Shown here: piece after piece, positions 38,501-53,422 of the stretch | Layout: each line of letters starts with the position of its first letter | Numbering within the stretch: position 1 is the stretch's first letter | Assembly: GCF_964355755.1 (NCBI RefSeq) | Contig: NC_092675.1 | Coordinates: 18,200,912-18,264,911 of the forward strand | Length of the DNA: 64,000 nucleotides | From: Antedon mediterranea | Lineage: Eukaryota; Animalia; Echinodermata | Direction: 5' to 3' | The notes under the pieces: generated by a model | What the model was told of the DNA's origin: nothing | Seen by the model: only the letters and a program-made list of their open reading frames with translations | The model's database searches: none | Translations under genes and position numbers: made by a program

Positions 38501-41395
38501 TTATCATATATTAGGATAGACAATTATTAAGATATATATTAGCTTTCTTAAAAGGAACTCATGCCACCCATTACACATGCTCTTAGAGATTTACTGTATA
38601 TCACAACAAAATTGGAAGTAATTGGAATAAATAAGGCAAAGCTGTGTCAGCTGTCCATAGTTGCAGATGAAAACGTAAGATACATGCGTGTGTCCTAAGA
38701 ACTTGTGCTAAATCCTGCCTTAGGGTCTTCACAGTTTATTGGGCACATTAACTTAACATTTTCAAGTGGTTCTTATATTGTTTTATGTTACTTGATATTA
38801 TTCAATCTCTATATCTCTCGTTGTTTGCCTCAATTATGAAGTTAAACTGCTATTCTATTGCAAGGTATTGATAAGAATTTCTTTTTGATGAATCTAATAT
38901 ATGAATTTAATGTAATTGCATTGTTTCATATATTTAATATTTTACAATAAATATTAAAAAATGCCAATATAATGATATGTTTTGTCATTAAAAACTATGA
39001 AATCATTCATACAAAGTATGGCCACCTCATGTTTGACCAGTAAACCATTTGTTTGCCATAACCTTTTGACCTTTACTAGTGGGGTTGTATATTCAATGCT
39101 ATGTGGATAGCCACAGGGTCATGTGTTTGACAGTCTGTGACATCATAGATGTCATTCTTCCTATATGAACAATTCATTTCTACAATGTGCAGTACCATCA
39201 GCATTAGACCCATATTCTGAACAAATACTTATCATTCACATTGTAAATTAGACTACTACAAATTGGTAAATTTAATAATTTATTTAAACTACACCTTTCA
39301 TCACTGATCAGTAACAACAAATGGATACAAAATCAATTCAGTGAAGCTAGGATATTTTTTCTTGTCAGGATCTCTCACTTACTGTTTTTTAGGTTGTACC
39401 CTGTACTGTATAACCCTGAATGCCGTCAAAAACAATTATCTATTTTCCTCCGTTGGGAAAGGAAACATAAATAAATCATACATTTAGAACACCTTGATTT
39501 AGTGATAAAAGCATTACAAAAAATTAAAGTTAATTATTATAGGATAATTATTTATGAAAAGTGTTGAGGTGATGTGCTATAGAAAAACTGCATAGATATG
39601 ACAGAGATGAGAAGGCATGAATGGTATTTAACAGTCTAGGCAGATCAATTCCCTAGTTGAATTCAGAATGTTACAAATAGCTTTAGGATGAAAGAAAACA
39701 TAAAAAGATTGTGACCATCTGCATGTTTCAGGTGTCGGCCTCTTCACACCTTAACCTAAAGTTAATGAAGTTCTGCTTTGCTAAACACCTTTGTGTACCT
39801 GTTAAATGTTGTGATGGTTCAGGGAGGCTGTCTATCTCTAGACCCTGTGTGGTTTGACAAGAGATGAGGTTCATGGCTGTTGATTTACTTGGTTAATAAA
39901 AGATGTCACAGATTAACAGTTGTCTTTTTTCCTATCCACAATTCTGGTTGTAGATATTGAGATCAGAACAAAATGTAAAAAAAAATAAGGATTTAAAAGA
40001 TGATTACTAATCTGAAAATAGATGAATTGCCTTAATGATTTTCAGTGACCTTAAATGCCAGTTGTGATATTTTAAAGAATTACCTCTCAGTTATATAACG
40101 ATCAGATATTGATATTTTGAACTATTAATATTATCTTGAAATCAGTGTTAGGAAAAGTACTTTTAAAAATAATCAATATTTTACCCTGGTGTCAAAACCT
40201 CATTATAGGTCAATGTTTTTCTGTGATTTTGATCAGTAATTATGATATTACTGAGCTCCAATGGTGTGACTACCTCCATAATTACACCCTAGACACAGTG
40301 TTGTCCAATAGATTTCCATTGACCCTCCATCCATTCCATCTACTGATGCCTGTGGCAAGGTTATAGGCCTATGTTGTGACTTATGAACTTTTCAAGACAG
40401 ATTGAAACTTTTCAACCTGCCAATATCTACTGACCTTCGACCATGTCACCACTATTAAATGACTGGTTTTATTTGGGTTATCTAATGTGCTTAGTGGTAT
40501 ATAGTATGCATAGCCGTTGTACATATTTCAATGCTTTAATTAAGTGCCATTTGTTAAAATTCTAAAAATACATTAGAAAGTTGCTATGAATTGAAAGTCA
40601 TTTATGTAACGGCACTAAAGTGACAGAAGGCAAATTCCACAACTTCCTATTTTGGATCCAAGTTCGGTTTTTGCCAGACCAAGGGTTACAAATAGTTATC
40701 TAGTTTTTCTGTATTAGTGAATCATGAAACAACATTGTTGAATAGTAGACTGTAGTACATAGATCTAATATACAGTGTACCTCCGTTTTAAGAATAGCCT
40801 GTGTAAAAAAAATTAACTTTCACCTCTCAAAATAATGCATGAATGCCAAGCTCATGATAAATATTTAAGATTATATAATTATTAAATTATGAACAAAAAT
40901 TAATTGTTTTTTAATTAGAAATAATGATTGAAAGATAGAGACATATTTCATAGTAAGTTCACCTGTCTTGGTTTGTCAATACAGCTTGCTATAATTGAGT
41001 GTTATACCCTGGGTCTTGATACCTTGAATATTAGGGTGAACAACCTGGTACTATAGAAGCACAAAATTATACTACGTTCAAAAATACAAACATAATATTT
41101 TTTTGCTCAATTTGATGCTGCCATTCTTCCCACTGCTCGAATCAATGTGTCATCATTGTTTAGCCACAGCAACAAATAGTTCTTGTAGTATGTACCATGA
41201 AAAAAATTGTAATATATAATATTTTGCATGATAATTTTTAGTATTGCTAAATTGCACAAATCCGTTATATCATATTATTAGAACGATTTATTTTGGTAAT
41301 GATAAAATAAAAGACTAAGAGGACAATTCCTAATTTAGCACTCTGAAGTTGTTTGTTATCGTTATCAGTTACAGTGTATACTGTAGTTTGCATAA

Positions 41396-41550
41396 AAGAC
41401 AGAGATACACTAATTGTTGTGGGTATAAGACAGAGATACACTAATTGTTGTGGGTATAAGACAGAGATACACTAATTGTTGTGGGTATAAGACAGAGATA
41501 CACTAATTGTTGTGGGTATAAGACAGAGATACACTAATTGTTGTGGGTAT
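41396..41550. repeat. 31-bp minisatellite, 5 perfect copies
   Basis: Unit AAGACAGAGATACACTAATTGTTGTGGGTAT. Confidence 0.97.
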
Positions 41551-44500
41551 GTTTATGACTTTCATTCATTTGTTTTGGTTTCTGATTATTTTTGTGTTTA
41601 AATAATTGTTTTGTGAACAGACAATCAATATTTTTGGTAGAAGCATTTCCTATAAAAGTACAAATATCTTTTGCAATTTTTAAAATTGGTCCTTTATCTT
41701 CTGGATCTCATTTAAAGACACTAGACCTACATTTTATTACCTAATTTAAGGTCACACACTAAATTTTATGTAAAAATAAATACTATATGGAGCTATTGCG
41801 ATATTTTAAATGGTTAAAAATGTAAAAAAAAAAATTGATTCTAATAATTTTAGTGGCCCGCTATAAATCCCAACATGCATCGCGCGCGGATTGATATTGT
41901 CATATGGTGATGTGATGCACCCACTTCGGCCAATCACGGGAAAGAGTAAACAAAAAAAAGAAACGTAACCAGGTCTTCTTTGCCTATGAACCTTTTTGAC
42001 ATCAATTATTGAGAAAAAAAGGAGTAGTGAATAGAAAGGTGTAGATTTTTATTTGGCTCATCACATTCCATAGGTGTACAGTTGATTATCCCACCAAGAC
42101 CTGATGAGCTTCTGCAAGTTACACAGTGTATGATGTAGCAATATGACCTAAAATTAGAACATAACCAGCGGGAAAGACTTCCCATCAATATCTTGTAGAC
42201 ACGCAAATTGAAATCCAAAGAAACATCAACTTTTTTTTAACCATCAGGAAACTACATATTAAAACTATATTCAATTTATATTTAAAATTAAATTTGTTAT
42301 TTTATTTACATATATTAAGTTTATCATATTTTATAATACTTTACATACTTTTTTTTCTAGCATACCCTTCTATCCCTACAAAAAAATGCATCTCCCATAC
42401 CTTTTGAGTAACAAAATGAAATTAACCAAAGGCTATTTTTTTAAGGTATTCTTGAAGGAAGGAGGGATGGGTTATAATAAGGATATTATTTTATCAATAT
42501 GTATTTTTTCAATCTATCTTTGTTATATACAGTATTTATGGTCTTCCATATCAATTTGATGTACTACATTTAAATTAACAAATAACAAACATGTGACCAG
42601 TCCATATTAATTTAAATCACTTTGTGATTATGATTTCTAATTTGAGATATGCTTTTTGTGGTTAGACAATTTATAAATAGTTAGACTTCAAACAAACACG
42701 CTCAGCTTTCAACATCGATTTGTCTCATTATTGTGTATCCTTGGATACCTATACTTTCTTGCTGGGACCATTCTGTATTGGAAAAAACAATGTCAAAAAT
42801 ATATTTATACAATTATTGTAATATGATTTTAATGATGGACAACATTTGTTAGCAAAAATGTGTACACATTACACGGATACAATGTCATTTCTCACATTCT
42901 GATCAAATAAAATATTGTGATTCTATTTTATCCGTCGTGTTGTGGACTATTTCAAGGAAAATGAACGTTTTACTTTCAGAAAACTCACTAGAATGTTGTT
43001 AAATTTTATATTTAAAATTAGTTATTCAAAAAACATTTAGCCTATGTACATATAGCCTGTAATAATTTTTAGGTGATACATTGCAGATATTTAGAGGGGT
43101 CAAAATTAATAAATTAATTGAACCACTAGTGAATTAGAAAGAACTGATATCAAGCCAAGGTGTAATATATAACCTTTCAACACCTTTCAAGAATCTGTTT
43201 TATAAAGCAACTTTAGCTATAAATAATTATATATACAATATTGTAACTAATAACATATATTTAGTGATTACATACAGTTAATAGGTCAGTAGGTGTTTAG
43301 TTATGATGAATGATACCATGACATTCATTAAAGATTTGAGTATGATGTGATTGGACAGAAGAACTATAGGTCTTATGTTATGATAGTGAAAATGTGCATC
43401 TTGAATTAGAACATGTCCTTGTATGCCCTGCTTTTTGGTTGTCATCCTTAACAACATATCTCCCCTGGTGCGTTTTGCTTAAACAATTGTATGTTGGCCT
43501 AAATTGATGTTAATTTGGTCTATATATGAGGTTACTGATGCGTTACAAAGTCATCTTCTTTCAAATACTGATACATTTGAAAAAAGCCTTGTTGCAAAAT
43601 CTTCAGAGTAAATATTTGTCCACCTGTCTACATCAGGTGTAAGTGGCCACCTTCATGCAAACTACACCCTGTATACAGCATGTCCAAAACTCAGCAATTG
43701 CCTTCAGATAAGATCATTAATAGATCAATTTCAATGCAAATTGGTTTGTATTGGTTAATGGAAGTGGTATTTCTTGATGTAGTGCGGAATTAAAGGTTAT
43801 AGTTTCTTAGAAAAACATACCAAGAGTCGGTATAGCAGCACGAGGTTGGGTGTTGTGCACACGCTGGTTCAGGTGTTACATGTACTACAGTAACTATATA
43901 GTTGTTGTAGATATGTTTTTATTTAATTGCATTGTTATTTTTACATAAATATTTAATATAACAAATGAATTCAGATATGTATATCCAGATGTAGTTTCCC
44001 CGGTTCAAATTTAAATTTATCAGAATGAAACTAAAAAGTGCATCTGAACCCTGTTATACTATAAGTTAAGTTGAACTTAAGTTTAAAATTGTGTTCATAT
44101 TTAATGTGATCTAAAATTTAACATAAGTAAAACATTTTTATGGTTAAATTACAGCTTTTTTAGCAATTAAAATTTTACAATGAATTTACACAAAATGTAT
44201 TTATTACTTCATTTTTTATTATTGTAATAATACTAATAATTTTTCTAAGAATTTTATTTAAAAACAAAAGTATATGCTGCCTTCGATACCATCTTGTTTT
44301 AGACTGAATGGTTTAAGCTCTTTATCCATTCCAGACAAGTTTAAGTGGTCAATGACGTTTTTATTGTACTTATGTGATTTTAAATTTGAAATATTATTTT
44401 AATGCTCCCATGTTACCTTGTTTGGAGAATTGTGATATCAGTGTTAATGTGTATAATGGCTTGCATAATATGATTTTTCTTTTACATTATAAAACAATTT

Positions 44501-47500
44501 AATATTCTACCATCAGTAGGCCTACAAGTTCATTTAATGTCTGTACGTATTATTAAACTTGTGTTTTCATTAGTTTGGTAAAACACATTAAGAACTGCAC
44601 AGTATATTTATATATTTGATATTTCCTTTATAGCAGTGTTCTATTGTAGCTTTAATGTTCCAGTCAAAACAATGCTTGGTTTCAACCAAAACAAAAATGT
44701 TAAATTTAGGGCAGTATTTGATCCTTATGATTATTAAAAAAAACATTAACAAAATCTGTTATAAATGTTTTGGCAACATAAAAAAATAACAAACAAATAA
44801 TTAGAGCACAACGAGGTTGGGATAAATTTTAAAATTGCATAAAGTTTGTTCATATAGGTTATTTTATGATTGAAAATTGTCTAGATCCATAATAAAGTTC
44901 ATCAAATTAATAAGAACAATTTGTTAAGTTAAAACCATTAAGAAATATGAACTATGAGGTTCTTGTTATTATACAAATGAAATGATAAAATCTGTTACAT
45001 CTAGTTGTGTAGTAACAGTAAAAAGTAAGTAATAAACCTATTTTACTTTCAAAATGTGTTAGATTCTTCTGATTAAATTATTTCATATTTTATTGATCGG
45101 AATATGTTCTTTGTTGCCATAAGTGGTTATTAAATTCATATTTTATTGTTCATGTTTTATGAGGAGTATTTCAGATGAGAAAATGTATGTCTAATATGTG
45201 CATTTTAACAAAATTATTCATGTAATCTTTCTTAAATATTATTTCTTATTGATGAATGGTATTGAACCAATTCAACTAAAGTTGAATTATCAATTTGTAT
45301 AATGTTTCCTGATGATTTATATTTTAAAACACTTAATTAATAAATGTAATTAATTTAAAAATTATAAATTAAGATTTTCTTCTTTTGAAAATGACAAAAG
45401 ATTGATAGAAAAGAGAAGAAATTTCTTTTAAAATAACAGTGTAGAGTTGCACAAAATATGGCAATATAAGTTAAGTTGAACATTTTCTACTTTTCCAGAA
45501 ATCTTTTCAGTTTCATTCAGTTGCTTGTAAGTCAAAATGAATGTAGACCTACAACTAGTTGTATTTGTAAAAGTTAAGTTGCTTTCAGTTTTATGTAGAC
45601 ATAGATAAAACTTGTTTTAATTTGACCAATTTCTATGTTCGATATTATACTAGTAGTTTTTAACTAAATCTTGGATCAGGGTAATCTTATCACTTTATAA
45701 AGGTGATTTTTATTTCAACCTAGGAGCTCAACAAACAAATCCCATGTTTATTTATAGAGAAATAAATGGTTTGTCTATATAAAGGGCAACAGTTACTGGT
45801 GCCTCACAATTGGTTAGATAATAAATTTGATTTTTAAACCAAATCTGCTTAAACTAAACTTTTACTGGGAACAAAACATTTGATTCTCTGTATGCTTTAT
45901 GCCAGTTTATATTGTTTAATTAAAGTATTCTGTAAAAACATGATTACAGGATTTAGTTTAATTTAATAAATATTTTGCAATAAACTCATTTAATTTAATG
46001 TAAATTATAATGTTTCAAATGTGGTAGTCAGGTAGTGTATCTTGACCAAAGAAACAGAACAAGAAAGGAACACAGTTAAGATTATGGTAAAAATAAATGT
46101 TAAATTTCGCCAGTTTAGCTTCCTTTATTTCCTGTAAAATAACGGTAGAACAACGTCCTATTGCATCACCAATGACTACATCCTATTCATAATGTTATAT
46201 AACACACTATTTTTAAAACTTCCACAAAAACTATACAGAAGAAAACTGACCGACTATATTTGCACACACCGTTTGAGGTTAAAAGTACAGCCTGTAAAGG
46301 GTTAACCCATGTTACCCCACCTTTAGAGAAATGTTTACAAATAAATACTAAAAAGGAAGTTTAGTTCATAGATTATCTTCATTGTTTTAATATTGTTTCC
46401 TTCATTTGTTCAGTTTTATTTAAATACGGTATAAAACATTAGTTAACCTTTTAATTTAGAAAATGTCAATACCATTGTTGAGGTAAAGTTGGAAAGACTG
46501 GGGTACAAACAGCTGTAGGCTACTTTGGTAATAAAAGACAGCAGGAGAAATATAACAGTCAATGTACTTTGACTCTAAATACATTAATGTTTGAAATTCT
46601 GTATGATGTGGTATATTAAACATACATAATAAATACCGTGCACTGTCCTATATGTTTTAATTCATGACTGGACGAGGCAACAAGTGCCCATACTGTACAT
46701 AGAATATGTAACTTGTTTTTCTTTTCAAAATAAATTAATGTTACTGTATATCGTAGGCTCATCAACAGTTAGAGGTGATTGACAGTACTTGGAGGTGGGC
46801 TCTTCCTTCCACTCTATTTCACAGCTAAAAGCTGTCCTGTTTGAACAATTCTGGACCCAGCTGCTGATTTATATATGCAATTGTAATTTTTGATTATTAT
46901 ATAATTTGACAATTGATTAATATTTATAGGAGGAATTAAGTAAAGTGCATTGCATATAATTGTTGTATCAAGATAAACATTTAGATAATAAATGACAAGA
47001 TATGAAACATTCCTGACAAATAGAAATTTGTTTTTCTTGAGCACATAGGACGGAAATTGAGGAATTACCTGGATTGATAACTTTGTTAGCCTTTGCTCAA
47101 CCTTTCACCCAAGTCATTCAGCCCCTGTGTTTCTGGTTCTATTATGGTCTGTTACCACCCTTTGAGATGGTCAAATGGAGTTAATTTACTGACCATGACT
47201 TGCATAGCAACTGTCCACTCAATCAGAGCCTTTTTAATTGAACAATTTTTGGCCTACTTTATTATATGTTAATAATGTTCTTAGCAAGAAGGAGTAATTG
47301 GTGCCGAATTTGTGTCTTGTCATTTTATACTAACCCAGTGAGATTGAAGAATAACAGCTTTGCCTGTTTTCATTATAGCACATGCTTTAACAGAGTGTTG
47401 ATACTAAACTAGTAGAAAAGTGCCACTGTTATTTTGGTTTTAGTCTTTTTTGGTAGTGTTGTATTGCACATTTGAAAATAAAATAATGTCTAGTTTTAGA

Positions 47501-47560
47501 CCAATAATGGTATAGGAATAATGTAAACCATGCAGCGATAAATGCTGAAATACTATGAAC

Positions 47561-47696
47561 CAAGAATAATCCCATGCTCACAAGTATAATCCCATGCTCA
47601 CAAGTATAATCCCATGCTCACAAGTATAATCCCATGCTCACAAGTATAATCCCATGCTCACAAGAATAATCCCATGCTCACAAGTATAATCCCACG
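47561..47696. repeat. 20-bp minisatellite, about 6.7 copies
   Basis: Unit CAAG(T/A)ATAATCCCATGCTCA. Confidence 0.97.
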
Positions 47697-50600
47697 TTAA
47701 ATCAGACTCAAGAATTTGGTAAATTGCATTTGTAATTGCAAACAGTCAAACATCACAAAGAGGAAAGTATGCTGAACATAGACATTCATCTCAAACATTA
47801 ACCAAATCTAAAATATTTGTATTCACTGGAGAATATAATGGAAAAAGAATAGTTTTGTTCATCATTTTTTGTGTGTAATCTGTACCAGTACCGCTGTATA
47901 TGGTATACAATTTGAATGATAATATATTTTTTTATTGATTCTAAGAGTATATTAATTTTTGTTTGTTTTGTTTGTACATCTTCTGTTTTAAATGACAACA
48001 AATTCTTCCTCTTAAAAGTAAAAGTTTATTTATATAATTAAATTTGTTTTTTGAAAAAAATGTATAGTTTTATTCTAAACTTCTGCTTTCTTCTAGGCTA
48101 GTTTATGGCAAAGCTATGAATGGGAAATCTTAAATTTAAATTTTAACATTCATTCTGTTTAAATTACTTCACATGTGTTAGATAAGCATGTTTTGTAGAA
48201 TATAGGACACATTTTAAGTTAATCCTGTTACCATCCCATATGGAAATACATAATGTCTCTAGAGCTATTTTTACTTGAAGATCGAAGATCAGATACACAG
48301 GTAAATAAATGAGAAAGCAAATATTGTTTTCCAGTGGGAGAAGTCTGTGTAGTGGAAGCATTTGCAGGTAGCTTGATTCTATAAGAATATCAGTGGAATA
48401 TTAAATCTGTTCTCACGTTCAAACACTTGTCCAGTTATTGGACAACAAATTCAAAATGTCAGATTGAGAATTTACACGATCATGCTCAGTCAAATATAAT
48501 TTGATTGGGTCTGTTGGATTTGAAGTTTGTTAAATTTGACATCCACAAGATGTCTATACTCTTTTGATGTGGGGTACTATAATCAAAGTCATGATGTTTT
48601 TACATCTTATTATATAGCCATATTGCAATGATTCTAAACTGTTTAGAAACATTACTTAACTACAAGACTGGAAACAGATTGTAGTATTATAACTTATTTT
48701 GGTTGGCTGTACAAATAGGTCTAACATAGTTTTCTGAAATTGTATAAGTTGATATCGTTGGAAGTGAAGAAATCTTTGTGATTGGTTTACAATTTAACTG
48801 TTATAACAATCTATTTGTTGTTGCCATCAGTAAACCTGTGTAATTTTTAGTTGCAACATTTTTACCATCTTATTTTTGGTAATGATGATGTTTTTAGTTG
48901 GTGACCAGCCACTGATTTGAAAGGTTTTTTTGGGAGCACAAAGTTAACAGAAATGTTGCTGGGATATAACTTTTATTTTTCAAATAAATAACATGGCGTG
49001 TTTCTGTTACATACAGTAATTACACCAAAACAGGCTCATTATTAACTCATTATGCTCTGGTTTTATATATAATATATGCATTGTTGTGTCAGTAAAAATA
49101 CCTGCTATACAGTATGCATTTACAATCAGGTTTCAATACTACATCACTTTAGTAGCAATAACTACATCTGTTTAGGATATAGATCTTGGTAGTAAATTTT
49201 ATGGAATACCTGTTGAGAGGTCTGAATTGTTACACTAGTATTTCCTTTCGTGTTCCCAGTGGATCCATTTAATGACATAAACCCATCTAACAGACAGCAC
49301 AAGGCATCTGGGGGAATGCATGTTTAAATCCAATCAATTCCTATAAAGATATGACCTGTATTACTAGAAAGAAGGTGGAATCTGTAGGCTGTGAATAGGA
49401 TTTGAATGAATTTATTCTTCAATGAAAGTATTGAAACATATTTACATTTAATTTCCTATACTTTCATTGAGTCAGAAGTCTAATTGAATAGTTTATAATT
49501 TGTATCAATTAAAATTATTGTTGTTTAAACTCCTCAATGTTTAAACTAGCAATTTCTATTGTACTAGTTTTAGATATTACGTTTATAATTTTAATTATGT
49601 TATTAAACTCAAACTTATATTTGTCTAATTCTAATATTAATGCCGTGCTGCTGCATTGTGTTTTCAAATGCTTTTATTTTCAATAGTAACTAATAATAAT
49701 ACTATATTATGATATTATTTTCAATACAGGAAGTCCTTCAATATACTGAATAGACAAATTGAAACTAGATTTTGTAAATTTAATTTTTATTGAAAAAAAA
49801 ACAAACTAGTACACAACAAATGTTATACTACTACTAGTGCTACTGTTATGAAATTTCTACAAAAGTTTTGTTGATGCTTAATCTTGAAACGTTTATTTAA
49901 TTTAGTTTATTGTTTATAAATTTAATAACAATGGATTGAAAATACTGTAGCTTTCATTTGGTTATTAGTTTAAATTTTAGAGGATGAGTTGAAGTATTTT
50001 AATTTCATTAAACTTTGCAATTACTAAAATTGTGGTACTAGGCCACATTTCAGACATAACAAAATGATGACCAAGAAAAAGTAGGATGGACATGCTTTAC
50101 CAAACATTATAAAATTTATGTCTATAAAAGATTAGCGGTAAAGCCTGTGAACTATAATGGCTGGAAAACATCACTAAGGGGCAGTTAAGTAATTGCTCAT
50201 GACATTCTCCAATGGTTGGTAATCTCAACGGGAAGTACTGTGCTCTATTCAGCCTACCAACTGCTTCGTGACATCTATGGGGTGGGGTTAAGTCTGACAT
50301 TGCCAGTTCACTAAGTATATTGTTTTTATTAGAATTCCTCAGGGAGTGCAAGTAGATTTTTGTTGTTGACTGAGACATCATGTAAATGAGTAAAGAAAAT
50401 GTCTGCGAGTTTAATGGAATTAAAAGTTATAACAAATCAATTCTTTAAACTTAATATCACTTTAGTAAATACTGTAAGGTTAGATTATTAAATTATACTT
50501 TTAAGAGCGTATTAATTTTAACTGGTGAGAATACCAAGTGTGATATCAATTGTTGACTTTGTTATTGTTTAGAAAATGCCAGTGTATTGTTTAATGATTG

Positions 50601-53276
50601 TGAAGGAGTATATTTGTCCATAATTTACATACCAGGTACTACTCGCTCCAACAATTTTAAAGAATTTGACTACTGTATAGGATTTGCCTTCTCACTATGT
50701 AATCTGTCAGTATAGAATCTCTGTTCACAAGATAGTTTATGAGCTCACCTGTTAGATAATATAAACATTACATAGAAAACACTTCACCTATGCTTCTGGA
50801 GAAGGGGAAATATTTTACTAAACTAAAAATCAGTCGTTAGGGAATTTCAATACTGTTTCCCAATTGAGTTGGCAATGATGCACTCACTCCTTTTCTTATT
50901 GTTTCATTACTGTCTCTTTTCTCTGCAACTCATAGGGTTTAACGTAATGTGAAAACTGGGTCCTTCTTAGGAAATGAACTAAGTATAACATTCTGTACAG
51001 AGCCAACCAGTTCTTGTCGGCTTAACTCCTTGGAGATTTTCCCAAATCACTTCTAATTCACTCCAAACTTTCTGGACAGTCATCCTGAACCAGGAGACGC
51101 TTGTGGGTACAGTAGTTTGTAGATTATAGGTCAAAATGAAGTGCAAAACAAAAATATTTGTAGTATAATTCAAGTATCCTGTTAATGATTTTATACAATA
51201 CATATTTCATACAGGGAGGTTTCATTGTTATAAATATCGTATAGCAATTATGCATAAATGCAACTTCATACACTTAATCTGTACTGTGTAGTACATTTTA
51301 ATGTAATTTTAGTGTGTCCTTTTAAATAATCGAAAAATGACGGTTTGTTGGTAAAACAAACTGCAGCCACAAAATTGTCAAGATTGTGTAGTATGCAGTT
51401 GTCATACATGATGACCAAGTGAGTATACTGACCTGTAAATGACCGGCTGGTTTTAATTAGAGATTGTTATCTGAATAGGCCCGAATTGGTCACAGGTTAA
51501 AAGTTAGCGAAACGCAGCAGCCTTTCCTATGAGATATTAATTGCTCAATTATCAATGGCAATATAGGCTTTTAAAATCACATAAATTGGTCAGAGAAATG
51601 AGTTTAGTAGGTATTAAAGGTATTACAGAAGGATTAGGAGGCTCAATAACTTTTACAATTCATAAAATAAGTACCTTGAAATATTTAAAAATAAATTATA
51701 AATTTCATAATTTAATAAAAGGTTTTGCAGCATTATGACTAGCTGCTGTACATAGGCCTATAGTAAAGAACTTTGTCATGAACTAAAAAATCTGAGTCAA
51801 AGAAAAAAATGTACTAAAGTAATGTATTTGTTTTACACAAAAAAGTTATGAAAAAGTAATATTAGTGCAATTCAGTATACTGTAAGTTTGTATACTAACT
51901 ATTACAGTATATATTAGAGGTCAGGTTACTCACTCATAGGGATTTTCTGCTGTTCTTAATTTAACAAAGCACATGTTTTGCATTGAAATGACTTGGAGCA
52001 TACATTCAGTTTTCCTCCTATTTTGTTGCAGAGCCAACACATTAGTCAAAGGAATGTTTTAGCTAGCTACTTAATAACGTAAATAGGCAAACAATCCCAC
52101 CAACATCATCACTAAAATTAAGGATTAATTTCAGGTATAAAATGCAAATGTTTATTGTTCTAGCTGAGTAGCAGTACTTATTAGGTTAGGAATACAGTGG
52201 AATTTGTTATTTTCCCTGTAGTTTTATTATAAGAGTAACAGCCTTAGAATATCTGTCATTCTAGTTAATGGATTTAAATTTGTCATTCAACATTAGGTAG
52301 CTCCATTATTGGTTAAAATACCAAACTACTTTACTGAACTGCTGAATTTTAACTCCTGTCTTGATTTCGGGGTGACGATAGAACTGTGCAACTCCCATGG
52401 CATATTTTCGCTGCTTATTAGTTTAGAATTAAGTAAGCAAAGTAACTAGATTCCTAGCATTATTAAACCTAATATTAAATACAAAAATAGATGTATAATG
52501 CAAGGTGGTCATGTCATTTAGCTGTGTAACCTTTTGTAAATGCATTGTTTAGGTATATCATTAATTTTTTAAATACCGCCCACCAATTATGCAAACAAAT
52601 GATATTGCGAAAGTCACCTGAAAAGTGATGGGGACAGATTTTGTTCATTGAAGTTTTTCTTATCTTTACTCTTTCATGTTTAATGTTAGATACAGTATTG
52701 TAAATGTATGTACTGTATGTAGACTGAACTAATTGCCTTTTGAAAGTTTCCTAGGTTGAAATCTTTCATAAATATTTACATTTTGAAACAACCAATTATG
52801 TACTACTTAGAATAAAACAAAAACAGTTTAGCCTAAATATTTTTAAATTTTAAGTTATTTTAAAACATAGCTTGTTAGATCAGTAGTACATTCAAGTGGT
52901 TCACAGTGAATGTTTATCAATAAAGTTTTTAAAAGATATGTTTCTCTCTTTGAATTGTTGATTTTCTATAGTCAGTATGATAGGTTATTACAGTACTGAT
53001 TTACTATGTTGATGTTATGTTCTATATATTGCACATAAATTACATTTAATTGGGTACATCAAACTAGAGTGACTAGAATTGAAATTATAACTTTAAATTT
53101 ACAATGTTATATTTTGACCCCAAAACAGTTTGTAACTAGGTGATTTACTTTTTGTTTATTTGATTGTCAGCAGGTAGTTGAAGAGAATGTGAAATTGCAT
53201 CATGAAGCTGAGCTGCAAACGTTTCTCTACACCCTCATCAGTCTGAACGGCCTCTAGATCCTATCTGTAGCAAAAG

Positions 53277-53422
53277 CAGTGGTTTAATGCAGGGTGAAAA
53301 GGCCCCTGGTTCAGCACTCCTAAGGGGCTCTCCAACTTTGGGTAGTTGCATTGGGCTGCTCATGTTCTGTGGCCCCTTACAGTAAGCTCTTGGTTTAGCC
53401 AGTGAGTGTGCTAATAGCCGTT
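53277..53422. mobile_element. Decayed copy of the hAT-like MITE at 19841
   Basis: CAGTGGTTTAATGCAGGG..AGGCCCCTGGTT...GGTTTAGCCAGTGAG..TAGCCGTTAC. Confidence 0.55.

Noticed and set aside
53288-53330. Hidden collagen exon (CAG|GGTGAAAAGGCCCCTGGT)
   Set aside because: The Gly periodicity breaks at once, there is no pyrimidine tract, and it lies within a MITE copy.
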